Shown here piece by piece: positions 16,878 through 38,699 of a stretch of 64,000 nt of DNA. The stretch's first letter is position 1. Each line of letters starts with the position of its first letter. Origin of the DNA: the human T2T-CHM13v2.0 reference genome, Homo sapiens; the NCBI RefSeq assembly GCF_009914755.1, contig NC_060936.1. One strand, 5' to 3'. Made by a program: the position numbers and the translations under genes. The notes beneath the pieces were generated by a model. The model saw only the letters and a list, made by a program, of their open reading frames with translations, was not told the origin of the DNA and ran no database searches.

Positions 16878-18734
16878 TCAATGAGATCTTTGTGAATGGG
16901 AGTATCATACTCAGTTTGTCTGCAGATAATGACAACTAAAACATGAACTGCACCTTGTAGGAATACCCTATGTAGAATTGTTGAAGTAAATAGAGATTTA
17001 TGATTAGCTAAACTGAGAAAGTCAGATCATATGAGTTCCTATATTCATGAGGTAATTTAGAAACTATTCATAAGGGGAAGGGAGAAAAAAAACCTGACCT
17101 CTTAAAACTTACAAGAATTTCTCACATTGTCATAATGGAAATTCCCAAATTTCTCAAATGTGCTTTTTTTCTTCATCTCTGGTAGCATGAAAGCATCTGC
17201 CAAAAAATATGAAACTTAAGATGTATTTAATGCCATTGCCCAAACTTGTAATAACTTGTAATAATCAGATTATCCTTAAAACAGTCAAGTGTCATTCCCA
17301 CAAAGGGCACTGGTGCTCTCTCCCTTTGAGTAATGAAAAATTTTAAACCTTTGCTTCTTCCTTCTGATGTCTGTACTCACAGGGTTTACAGTACCTTTTA
17401 TGAGGTGCTACTATGCTGCTGGTATGTACAAATGTATAGCATCAGATTCTATAGGTAATAGTGTCAAACTACTATCAAGCATGCATCTATCTGTACACAT
17501 GTTTTCAATAAACATGTATTAACCACTTATTTTGTGCTGGTGCTTGGCACTGGAAATAGAAATATGTAAGATTCAATTCCTGCTCACAACATTTAGAGTC
17601 TAGAGTCTATCCACTAGGTTGACAAGTTAACATTGTGAAATCTGTAATATAAAGAGCCTGAGGATACAGAGAAGTGACACAGAGGTCACACTTTGGGGCT
17701 GTTAGGAAGGGCTTCCTGAAGAAGGCCATTGCTGAGGAGAATACAATCCACAAGCATTTATTAAGTGCCTATGTCAAGCCCAGCTCCAAGCCTGGGTATA
17801 CAGTAGTGAATAAAGGAGAAAGATATTCCTACCTGCATGAAGCTTACATTCTAGGAGAATAACGTGAAGAAAGAACAGAAGCTTGCCAGATGAATGATCC
17901 ACAAAGAAATGAACAGTGTATCTTTGGAGGTTAGTTATATATAAGTAAGTATAGCTCAGAAAAGTCTCCAGCTCGCTGTGTAATCTCTGTCTTATCCAAA
18001 ACTCACTGAGAACATGTTGAAGTGTCCCCAGTTTCTATAGAGGAGTGCTTCCCTCCACACCAGCGAACAGGGCCTAGAATCCATTCACAGGTGAGGGGCC
18101 TCTGCCATGAAAAAGACATGTGCAGGCGCATATGTGCACTCAATCACAGAGACACACATGCACATGCACACACACAGGGTGAGCCATTCACATGGTGACC
18201 ACTGACACTGCACTGGCTAGTCCCAGTCTTGACATCCCCATTGTAACAATGCTCAATGCCAGAAGCAGGAATAGAAGGAAGAGATTCTACCTGGTCCCTA
18301 CCCACAAGAGCTCGTTTTAAGTTTCTTCCTGATCACAAAAGGGAGAGTAGATGTTGTAATATTCATGGTGCTTTTTAAAGAGAGAGTACACACTAGTATG
18401 TGTGCCCCTTTTGTTCAGAGCAATGGTTATGCACTCTCACTCAAATAAACTTAAGTGTTTCAAAGGACTCTTGGATGGAGGATGTAACATCTACTTGGGT
18501 GTAATGATCCCTATGATCTTGCAATGTAAAAATACAGTATCTTGATTTTTTTCAAAAGATATAAAGATGTGGGCGGGCTGTGGTGGTTCACACCCATAAT
18601 CCCACAAGTTTGAGAGGACAAGGTAAGAGGATTGCTTGAGCTCATAAGGTCAAGACCAGCCTGAGAAACACAGTGAGATGCTGTCTCTATTTAAAAAAAA
18701 ATATATATATATAAAGGTGTGGGTGTGAATGCAT

Positions 18735-18790
18735 TCCCTCCCTCCCTCCCTCCCTCCTTCCCTCCCTCCCCCCCTTTCTTCCTTCCTATT
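18735..18790 (+). repeat. (TCCC)n/(TTCC)n pyrimidine repeat
   Basis: Read directly from sequence. Confidence 0.85.
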
Positions 18791-18995
18791 TCTTTATTGA
18801 ACACATGCTATATATCCAGTGTAAAAAAATTAGGCATACAGATATTTTTATAAATGAAAATAAAAGGAGAATCATATGGTTCCAGATGACATTGCTAATA
18901 ATTTGGTATATCATTTTACAGATTCATTCTTCATGCTTATTTTTCATAAATTAATACACATGCATTTTATTTTACAAAGTAAGAATAATACTATA

Positions 18996-19460
18996 CATTG
19001 GGGTCCCCAACCCCTGAACCATGGACCAGTACCACCTGTGGCCCATTAGGAACCAGGCTGCACAGCAGGAGGTGAGCAGCAGGTGAGCAAGCAAAGCTTC
19101 ATCTGCATTTACAGCCACTCCCCATTGCTCATATTACCACCTGAGCCACGCCTCCTGTCAGATCAGTGGCAGCATTAGATTCTCATAGGAGCATGAACCC
19201 TATTGTGAACTGTGCATACCAGGGATCTAGGTTGTGGGCTCCTTATGAGAATCTAATGTCTGATGATCTGTCACTATCTCCCATCGCCTCCAGATGGGAC
19301 TGTCTAGTTGCAGGTGACCAAGCTCAGGGTTCCCACTGATTTTACATTATGGTGAGTTATATAATCATTTTATTATATATTACAATATAATAATAATAGA
19401 AATAAAGTACACAATAACTAATGTGCTTGTCTCATCCCAAAACTACCCCCCAGCCCCCAG
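18996..19460 (+). mobile_element. MER1A (hAT-Charlie non-autonomous)
   Basis: GGGGTCCCCAACCCC start; GCATTAGATTCTCATAGGAGC and ATGAGAATCTAATG core; 3' end missing. Confidence 0.8.
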
Positions 19461-19464
19461 CCAA

Positions 19465-19920
19465 GTAGGTTTTTAAGAAAAAGAAAAGGTAATTCCTAAC
19501 TTACTTCCCAAGAATTTATATTCAAATAACATAAGCTATTGATTGGCCGTACATTGTTCTTTGCATCACAAATTCCAGGAATTCAATGATAATGGGTAAG
19601 GCAGCTAGTCAGGAACAAAATATCTTTAAACAATTGTCCTCAGGCATGGGCATGGCAGGGCATGGCTGAAGTCCTCTACTCATGTCTTTCTGGCCTGCTG
19701 AATTTTACATACTTCCCATACCACAGGGTGCTCTGAGTTATTTTTCTTTTCTCAGAGGCCTAGGAAATGAAGTCCCTGCCTGAGAAGCCTCTTCCCAGCA
19801 AGAACTACACAGTAGAAAAGTAGCATAAATCTCTTATCCCAGGTGAACATCTCATCATTTCTGCCTCGACATATGTTTTCTGCTTCTACAATACAACTTA
19901 GAAAAGTAGTATGGTTGTCA
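19465..19920 (-). mobile_element. MER34/MER39-like ERV1 LTR fragment
   Basis: The - strand has TTGTTCCTGACTAGCTGCC...CCTGGAATTTGTGATGCAAAGAACAATGT...GCCAATCAATAGCTTATG. Confidence 0.6.
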
Positions 19921-19939
19921 GACCGGGCACAGTGGCTCA

Positions 19940-20866
<927 letters not shown>

Positions 20867-20880
20867 ATAAGGTGACTCAG

Positions 20881-21593
<713 letters not shown>

Positions 21594-22190
21594 ACTAATG
21601 AAGTGTGAAATTATATGAGATTGTATTTTTGGTTTTTGAGACAAGGTCTTACTCTGTTGCCCAGGCTGCAGTGCAGTGGCGAGATCATGGCTAACTGCAG
21701 CTTCATCCCCCTGGGTTCAAGCAATCCTCCTACCTCAGGTCCAGCTATTACACTTGGCTAAATTTTTAAATTTTTTTGTAGATACAGGGGTCTCCCTATG
21801 TTGCCCAGGATGGGCTTGAACTTCTGAGCTCCAGTGATGCTCCCACCTTAGCCTTCCAAATTGTGAGAATTAGCCAGGCGCAGTGGCTCATGTCTGTAAT
21901 CCTAGCACTTTGGGAAGCTGAGGTGGGCAGATGACTTGAGGTTGGGAGTTCGAGAACAGCCTGGCTAACATGGCAAAACCCTGAGGTCAGGAGTTGAAGA
22001 CCAGCCTGACTAGCATGACGAAACCCCATCTCTAATAAAAATACAAAAATTAGCCAGGTGTGGTGGCACATGCCTGTAGCTTCAGCTACTCGAGAGGCTG
22101 AGGATTGCTTAAACCCAGGCAGCAGGGGTTGTTGTTAGCTGAGATCATGCCACTGCACTCCAGCCTGGGTGACAGAGTGAGACCCTGTGT

Positions 22191-22223
<33 letters not shown>

Positions 22224-22224
22224 T

Positions 22225-22780
22225 ATGAGAATTACACCCCGAGACAGGCCTATTGAACTTTCTTCAGGGCTCACCAAATGTCACCGGACAAATAAGAAGG
22301 GTTCTCTGAGTTAGGCATGCTGGACTTCCATCAGCAATTCCTTCTGAGATCCCTTCCACATATACAAACACACACAAAGATATGACAGACAGAAGGCCTT
22401 CCAAATCAGATCCCTAACCAAGAATTCCAAGAGTATCCCTTCCAAACTATCCTATTCTCCATCTGAGAAATCTCCCTGAAATCTTCCTCATCAAGGAGAA
22501 GTCTCCAGAATCAGGAATCTTCCTATTAGTTAGGGAGAGCCAAGTGAGACCTCCCAGGAGCCAAACAAAACAGACAACCTATGATGGAGCTACAAACAGA
22601 CACCCTGCCAAATTCATCTCTTTGGGTCAACCGTGTCCCACCAGTAGAGAGTACCAGAGTCAGCCCCCAGTCCAAGAGAACTAGGTGGCTGCTTGGGCTG
22701 GCCTCTGGATCCATTGCTGGAGGGGGGCTACTGAACCACAGGCAGGTAATTACAGGGCAATCCCAGACGAGCCCCAAATT
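22225..22780 (-). mobile_element. HUERS-P1-like internal leader fragment with tRNA-Pro PBS (22760-22776)
   Basis: TGGGGCTCGTCTGGGAT directly after the LTR end, close to PBS-Pro TGGGGGCTCGTCCGGGAT. Truncated at an Alu tail/(CA)n. Confidence 0.75.
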
Positions 22781-25103
<2,323 letters not shown>

Positions 25104-25373
25104 ATGTTAACTTTAATCAGCTTGTTAAATTGGTGTCTACCATATTTCTCCTGCAAAGATCTTTTTTTCTCTTTCCATACTCAAGTCTTCAGAAGCAAAT
25201 CACTTAGTCCACACTCCTTTTTATTATTTTTTTACATTTTATTTATTTATTTCAGACAGAGTTTCACTCTGTCACTTAGGCTGGAGTGCAGTGGTGTGAG
25301 CACAGCTCATTGCAACCTCTGCCTCTGGGCTCAGGTAATCCTCCCAGCTCAGCCTCCTGAGTAGCTGGAACTA

Positions 25374-26040
<667 letters not shown>

Positions 26041-26083
26041 TTAGATGGGTGTAGTGGTGTGTGCCTGTAATCCCAGCTACTCA

Positions 26084-30312
<4,229 letters not shown>

Positions 30313-30341
30313 TTATTTTAAATATATATGTATACATACTC

Positions 30342-30876
30342 TTTTTTTTACACTCATTTACATATTTTTATTTGGAAATGTTTATATCAGTACAAGGAAA
30401 CAATTTTGGAGACACTGGATGTCATTAGTTTATTATAAAAGAAAAATATGGAAATTATTTACATGATGAAAGATTTCAGAACTTCAGTAGAATGGGCAGC
30501 TTCACGTTGATGCCATTTCAATAGTGACTTATTTCAGTCTACGTACTTTCTAAGAATGTCACCATCTCTAAATAGGAAATAATCCTTGTCATCTAGAACT
30601 ACTTTGGTGCCTCCATATTCTGGGAGAAGAACTTTATCTCCAACTTTCACGCTAACTGGTTGAATCTCTCTACCCTTTCCATAGAACCCCATCCAACAGC
30701 GACTACTCTTGCTTGCAATAATTTTCCTTGAGATTTTTCTGGAAGCATAATGCCTCCTTTGGTTACAGTTTCAGCAGCACGCCTTTCAACCAAAACTCGG
30801 TCAAGGAGTGGAAGAAACTTTCTAAACGCTTGGCTTGCCATGATTCCCTCCACCTCAGACTCGTACTCTGCTCGCG
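30342..30876 (-). pseudogene. HSPE1 (Hsp10/Cpn10) processed pseudogene
   Basis: Intronless. ATG at 30841 gives MASQAFRKFLPLLDRVLVERRAAETVTKGGIMLPEKSQGK...; a 1-bp deletion near 30682 shifts the frame; the other frame continues ...VKVGDKVLLPEYGGTKVVLDDKDYFLFRDGDILRKYVD* (stop 30534-30536). Both UTRs present, AATAAA at 30429-30434 and 30367-30372, residual poly(A) at 30342-30349, 13-bp TSD TGTATACATACTC at 30329-30341 and 30877-30889. Confidence 0.96.
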
Positions 30877-30914
30877 TGTATACATACTCATCTTAAGTGA
30901 CAAATTCTTGTTAG

Positions 30915-31256
<342 letters not shown>

Positions 31257-31851
31257 TGAGACAGAGTCTTGCTCTGTCGTCCAGTCTGGAGTGCAGTTGC
31301 GCGATCTCGGCTCACTGCAAGCTCCGCCTCCCGGGTTCACGCCATTTTCCTGCCTCAGCCTCCTGAGTAGCTGGGACTATATGCGCCCGCCACCACGCCC
31401 GGCCAATTTTGTTTTTGTATTTTTAGTAGAGACGCGGTTTCACCGTGTTAGCCAGGATGGTCTTGATCTCCAGACCTCGTGATCCGCCAGCCTCGGCCTT
31501 CCAAAGTGCTGGGATTAGAGGTGTGAGCCACCGCGCCAGGCCAGACAATTCTTATATCTGTGTTAAAAGTGATTAGCCAATTGAATTGCTTAATTAAGGA
31601 AATTACATAAGCAGCAGAAGGGTAAGATGATCAGGTGAATTCCCTTTGATATTATAATTTCTTTGCTTAGGGAGAGTTTTTTTTTTTAGTCTGATGAATC
31701 AGTAGTAGGGCACGAAAGGAAAAAAGGGAAGGAATAGAGTGATTTTCAGAACACAGAAACCTAGGTAGAGATTACAATGAAACCATGGTTGCTAACTTTT
31801 GTGATTTTTATTTTTTATTTTTAAAATTTATTTATTTATTTAGAGACATAG

Positions 31852-32004
<153 letters not shown>

Positions 32005-33326
32005 TAGCATTGACGGGGTTTCACCATGTTGGCCAGGCTGGTCTTAAACTCCTGACCTCATGGTCCACTGGCCTCCACCTCTCAAAGTGCTGGAATTACA
32101 GGCGTGAGCCACTGTGCCTGGCCATTTTTTTTTTTTAAGACAGGGTCTCGCTCTATTACCCAGGCTGGAGTGCAGTGGCTGCAATCTCAGCTCAACTGCA
32201 ATCTCTGCCTCCCAGGTTCAAGCGATTCTCATGCCTTAGCTTCACGAGTAGCTGGGATTACAGGCGCGCACCACCATGCCCAGCTAATTTTTGTATTTTC
32301 AGTAGAGACAGGGCTTCATCATATTGGCCAGGCTGGTCTCGAACTCCTGACCTCAGGTCATGTGCCTGCCTCAACCTCCTAAAGTGCTGGGATTACATTG
32401 CACCTGACCATTTTTAAATTTTTATTTGTTTTTGAAATAGAGTCTCGATCTGTGATCCAGGCTGGAGTTCAGTGGTGTGATCATAGCTCACTGCAGCCTC
32501 AAACTCCGGGCTCAAGTGAGCCTCCCACGTAAGCCTCTCATGTAGCTGGAACCACAGGTTATGCAACACCACACCCAGCTAATTTTTAAATTTTTTGTAG
32601 ATATGGTTGCGGGTCTCACTATATTGTCCAGGCTTCGGCCTCCCAAAGCGCCGGGATTACAGAACTGTGAGCTACCATGCCTGGCCAGCTTTTGTGGTTT
32701 TTAAAAAGCCTTATTTTAAATTTTCTATTTTGTTTTGTATGGCGGGCACTCACTCCACGGCCACAGTGATCTCTTGAAATACTAGTCTGCCCATGTTCTT
32801 ACTTTCTCCTTAATACCAAAAATAATCCAAGATTCTCAGCAGGACTCTGGTGACTTTGCCTCTTTGTTTCTCTCTCCATTTGCTGCCTCACACTTATTTA
32901 AGTGCTTTCATAGTCCCAGGGAAGCAAGCTCTGTGTATGCATTTCCTCCAGTTGTTTTCTGGGCCTGGAATGCTAATCTTATTTTTCTTTGCCTGGTTAG
33001 TAATTACTTCCTTTTGAAAACTCTGATGTCATCTGTCAGAAAACCTCCGTGGTCCTTCCTCTGAGCCCAGGCCCCTGGCCCTCAGCTCTGGGCATGTCTC
33101 TACTTTTTAAAATCCTCTCCTTTCCATTTAATAAACCACATAACATAATTTTGTTTTTATTTATTTATATTTTTGAGACAGAGTCTCGTTCTCTCACCCA
33201 GGCTGAAATGCAGTGGTGTGATCTCAGCTCACTGAGAAAACCTCCATTTCCCAGGTTCAAGCGATTCTCCTGCCTCAGCCTCCTGAGTAGCTGGGATTAC
33301 AGGCGTGAGCCATGATGCCTGACTAA

Positions 33327-33524
<198 letters not shown>

Positions 33525-34126
33525 TAGCCTAGCATGGCGCCCATGAAATGTGTTTGTGGCTGAAAGGAACCTATCTTTGGTCACCAATGACCCAACAATT
33601 TTGGCCACATATGTTGGGCTCAGACTCCCTAAACTATCAAAATCATGTGCTTATATTATAAGTGCCTCCAGAACACAAATCCCTTTCACAGGGCTTGAAA
33701 TGTATCAAGTCACTATTAATCATCTTAGGCCAAGGCTCCGAGTCTGGGCTACTCCAGAACCTGGAGGGGAGTTTTTTTTGTTTTTTTTTTGTTTGTTTGT
33801 TTTTTGAGACAAGGTCTTGCTCTGTCACCCAGGCCGAGTGAAGTGGTGTGATAAAGGCTCACTGCAGCCTCGACCCCCAAGGCTCAAGTGATCATCCCAA
33901 CTCAGTCTCCCGAGTAACTGGAACCGGCTTTTTTTCTTTTTCATTTTTTTTTTTTTTTTTTTGTAGAAGAGGGGTTTCGCTATGTTACCCAGGCTGATCT
34001 CTAGTTCTTGGGTTCAAGCGATCCTCCCAACTCGGCCTCCCAAAGTGGTGGCATTCCAGGGGTGATGGCTTTTGGATGCCTCCCAAAGTGATGGCTATTC
34101 ACGGCGCCCGGCCTGGGAAATCTTAT

Positions 34127-34135
34127 TTCCAGGAA
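34127..34135. promoter_or_regulatory. STAT GAS motif TTCCAGGAA
   Basis: Exact TTCNNNGAA at the upstream edge of the CpG island. Confidence 0.4.
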
Positions 34136-34471
34136 ATATTCTCCAGTTGCGCTCTCCTGGAAAGCAGCACAATGGGCCTCCCGGCTCCGTGGGCGCGCAG
34201 TCCCACCCGCCTGCCCCGCACCCCACCCGCGTACTCTCCACCCCACCCGTTCCCACCCTATCTGGGTTTTCGGGTGTTCACCATTGAGGTGGGAGCCACA
34301 TCTGCGCCCCGTGACCTGGCGAACCTCATTGAACACTTCTGCCCGACCCCCGCAGCAGCAGCGCGACCGGATGGCATGGGTGTCACCACGCGGTGGCCAC
34401 TCTCACTGCTGCGAAGCGCCGGCGGCGGGACCTCGGAGGGGGCGCCCTCGGGGTGCGAGGCCCGGCACTCC

Positions 34472-34481
34472 GGAAATCCCC
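34472..34481 (-). promoter_or_regulatory. NF-kB consensus site (GGGGATTTCC on - strand)
   Basis: GGAAATCCCC on + strand; exact match to GGGRNWYYCC on - strand. Confidence 0.6.
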
Positions 34482-34523
34482 CGGGAGGGAGGGGTTGGGA
34501 GAAATAAATCCTTTTCTCCAGAG

Positions 34524-34531
34524 TTGCGCAA
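34524..34531. promoter_or_regulatory. C/EBP palindrome TTGCGCAA
   Basis: Perfect palindrome; a second C/EBP-like GTTTCGCAAC lies at 34749-34758. Confidence 0.45.
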
Positions 34532-34976
34532 GAGCCAGCGCGGTAGGGCCAGAGTGGGAAGGCCAGAGCGGGCGTCCCCGCCAGTGACCCCACGCCGCCC
34601 GTCCGCGCCCAACCCGGCCTCCGCCGAGTGTCCAAACCAAAAGCGAAAGGAACCCGACCCCGCGTCCCCTCCGGCGGCTCCGTAGTCGCGTCCGCTTGGA
34701 GCTCGCCGGGCGCCTCCGACCCTGCCGGGCCGCTTTGTGACTTCACTCGTTTCGCAACAAGCCCGGGCAGCCCGCGCCCCACCCACTCTGGCCCGGCAGC
34801 CTCGCCGCCCGCAGCCTCGCTCCGCTCCTCGCGCTTCCCCTCCCTCCGGGGCTGGGCCTGCCCCGGCCGTCGCGGAGCCTCCCCTCCCACCGTCCGTGAG
34901 TGTACGCGCCCGGCCGCCGCCTCCAGGCAGCCCGGAGCAACCCGGCGCCCGGCCCCGCTGGGCGCAGCACTCCGTC

Positions 34977-34991
34977 GGCGGCGGCGGCGGC
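34977..34991 (+). repeat. (GGC)5 immediately upstream of the DRAM1 ATG
   Basis: Read directly from sequence. Confidence 0.9.
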
Positions 34992-34994
34992 GCG

Positions 34995-35125
34995 ATGCTG
35001 TGCTTCCTGAGGGGAATGGCTTTCGTCCCCTTCCTCTTGGTGACCTGGTCGTCAGCCGCCTTCATTATCTCCTACGTGGTCGCCGTGCTCTCCGGGCACG
35101 TCAACCCCTTCCTCCCGTATATCAG
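34995..35125 (+). CDS. DRAM1: DRAM1 coding exon 1 ([44 protein letters not shown]), DNA damage-regulated autophagy modulator 1
   Basis: ATG at 34995 within the CpG island. The translation matches the DRAM1 N-terminus as I recall it. 131 nt ending at donor CAG|GTGAGT, and it joins exon 2 in frame. Confidence 0.97.
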
Positions 35126-36189
35126 GTGAGTGGCAGGGTGGGCGTCAGGGCCCCAGGAGCAGGCACAGGGACCACAGGGAGCGCTGCCGACGGGGAGGGA
35201 AGGCGTCCGGACCCAGCTTGGGGCGTCGTGTGGTCAGGCAGAGGTGGGAGCAGGAGGAGAGGTGCTCCCGATAGCCTGGGATGTTTAGGGAGGCAGCGGG
35301 TGCGGCGCTGAGCACTTCTGCCTGTACCCGGAGCATGGAACAGGGTGGCAGCAAGGAGAGGTTCAGGATAGATGGTAGAGCTTTCATTCTGGGTATGGGA
35401 CAGAATCTCAGCAGGACGTTCTTAGGCGATATTGAAACAAGATGGGTTCTGATAGATGACATATATTATACAAGAGGTAGATCCAGGTATATGCTAAACA
35501 GCCACTATTTTCACTTCTGCATCCCAACATCCCTTGAAGTGGATGTTTGGGCTTATTATTCCCGCAAGCGAGCGGTGGTGTAAAGTTGATGAAATATCAT
35601 CAACGTGACACTGATGTCACACTAGTTAATGGTAGGAGCAGAATTCACACCCGGCCATGCAGAAAGCAACACTGTGCTGCCCCCAGGTCTCTGGGAGTCT
35701 GGCTTAAATTCTCTGGAGCTGCACCAGACACCTCTGGGCACTGTGACCCCAAAGTCCTCAACTTGTCAACAACTTGTGACATCTTTTGTGTTATTTTACC
35801 CATTCACTTTTCCTGTGCTTTGGCCTCTACCTTCCTGAGGGGCACTTCAGTGCCAGGGACAGTGGTCTGATCCTCCTATGTGGGTTCCAGCTCAGTGCCT
35901 TTCTCATAGTGGCAGGATTCTTTAAACGTTAGAACCATCCATCCTTATCTAAGTAGTGTGACCCCTCTGGACAGGCATTGGTTGGTGAACGGATGATAAG
36001 GTTGGTGACACCCAAGGTTTGTTACTGCTATGATAGAAAATGTAGGGCGTCTTCTTCCCTGCAGCCATTCTGTCTGGTGAGCAATGTTCTGTGTTTTTTT
36101 GTTTGTTTGTTTGTTTTTTTCCTTTTTTTGGGGGTGGGGGTGAGGAGTGTGGAGAAAGGGGAAACAAAGATCGAGCAAGAGGGGACTAG

Positions 36190-36537
<348 letters not shown>

Positions 36538-36568
36538 TAGGTAGAATAGTGCAAATTTGCAGTAATGA

Positions 36569-36817
<249 letters not shown>

Positions 36818-36982
36818 TAGGCTTGGTTTCTCATGGCACATCTCAGGCCCAAGTGCCATCATCTTGCTTCTGAAGCAGGATAGATCCTTCTAGACTTGTG
36901 TAAAAGTAAAGACCTGCTCAGCTGGGCACAGTGGCTCACGCCTGTAATCCCAGCACTTTGGGAGGCCGAGGCTGGCGGATCA

Positions 36983-37225
<243 letters not shown>

Positions 37226-38322
37226 CTACCTGCAGTGCTGCTTCTTTTGTTTGTTTGTTTGTTTGTTTTTTCAGACAAAGTCTCGCTCTGTTGCCCAGTC
37301 TGTGGTGTGGTGGTGGGATCACAGCTCACTGCAGCCTCGACCTCCTGGGCTCCATTGATCCTCCCACCTCAGCCTCCTGAATAGCTGGGGACTGTAGATA
37401 GGCATGCACAACCATGCCCAGCTAATTTTTAATTTTTTTTTGTATTTGTAGAGATGGCATCTTGCTGTGTCCTGCAATGCTTCCTTTTTTTTTTTTTTTT
37501 TTTTTTTTTTAAGACAGAGTCTTGCTCTGTCGCCCAGGCTGGAGTGCAGTGGTGCAATCTCGGCTCAGTGCAACCTCCACCTCCTGGTTCAAGCAATTCT
37601 CCTGACTCAGCCTCCCAAGTAGCTGGGATTACAGGCACCTGCCACCACGCCCAGCTAATATTTTTGTATTTTTAGTAGAGACGGGGTTTCACCATGTTGG
37701 CCAGGCTGGTCTCAAGCTCCTGACCTCAGATGATCCACCTGCCTCAGCCTCCTAAAGTGTTGGGATTACAGGCGTGAGCCACCACACCCAGCCTGCAGTG
37801 CTTCTTATTGAGAAAACAGTAGTCATGTTTGTCCCAGATCTGAAGGTTGAGGACAGATAATACGTGATATTCATTGGCCAGGCTGTCAAAGGCAGGTTTT
37901 GAATGTTCATAGAGGTGTCTGATGTAGTTGTGATTAATATCACTCTAAGGTGAACTTGAAATGGGAGACATTCAGAAATGGGAAAATAAGCTGACAAGGT
38001 GAACCACTTATGAGATGCTCAAATCACAGACCCTACAAGGACGGGGTTTAAAATTTAACAAGGAAGCCTTCAGGAAAAGCAGAATTACAGGAGAAAAAGG
38101 CATGCCCCCTTGTTGCCAGGAGTTCTCAGCCAACACACAACAAACATTTGTACTGATTGCCCATGTGTGCCTGGGTCTTTTAGGTTGTTTGCTCTCTGCT
38201 TACCTGAGCAGCCGGAGCACTGGATTGCCCCTGCCCGCTCCTAGAAAACAAGTCCTTGGTGCAGCAACAAGATGTGGATAAGAACCACACATAGAGAAGA
38301 AGGCTGGGTGCAGTCTCTACTA

Positions 38323-38532
<210 letters not shown>

Positions 38533-38699
38533 CTACTGGCCTTGAAATATTCAACCTTATCCCTTTTTTGTTGTGTTTTTTTTGGAGGTGGGGTCTTGCT
38601 ATGTTGCCCAGGCTGGTCTCGAACTCCATGGCTCAAGCAATCCCCTGACCTCAGCCTACTGAGTACTTGAGATTAAAAGTGTGCACCCCCATGCCAGGC

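Larger units (their letters stand above)
34100..35330. promoter_or_regulatory. DRAM1: CpG island / DRAM1 promoter and GC-rich 5' UTR
   Basis: Abrupt high-GC, CpG-rich stretch surrounding the first coding exon; no obvious TATA box. The exact TSS cannot be read from sequence. Confidence 0.93.

Noticed and set aside
19648-19667. GGGCATGGCA-GGGCATGGCT p53-like element in the MER34-like LTR
   Set aside because: Three mismatches, two directly next to the cores, and it looks like local GGGCAT repeat slippage.
34001-35311. Long overlapping ORFs of 110-227 aa on both strands
   Set aside because: Stop-codon depletion in a CpG island gives low-complexity G/A/R/P products; only the frame containing 34995-35125 is supported.
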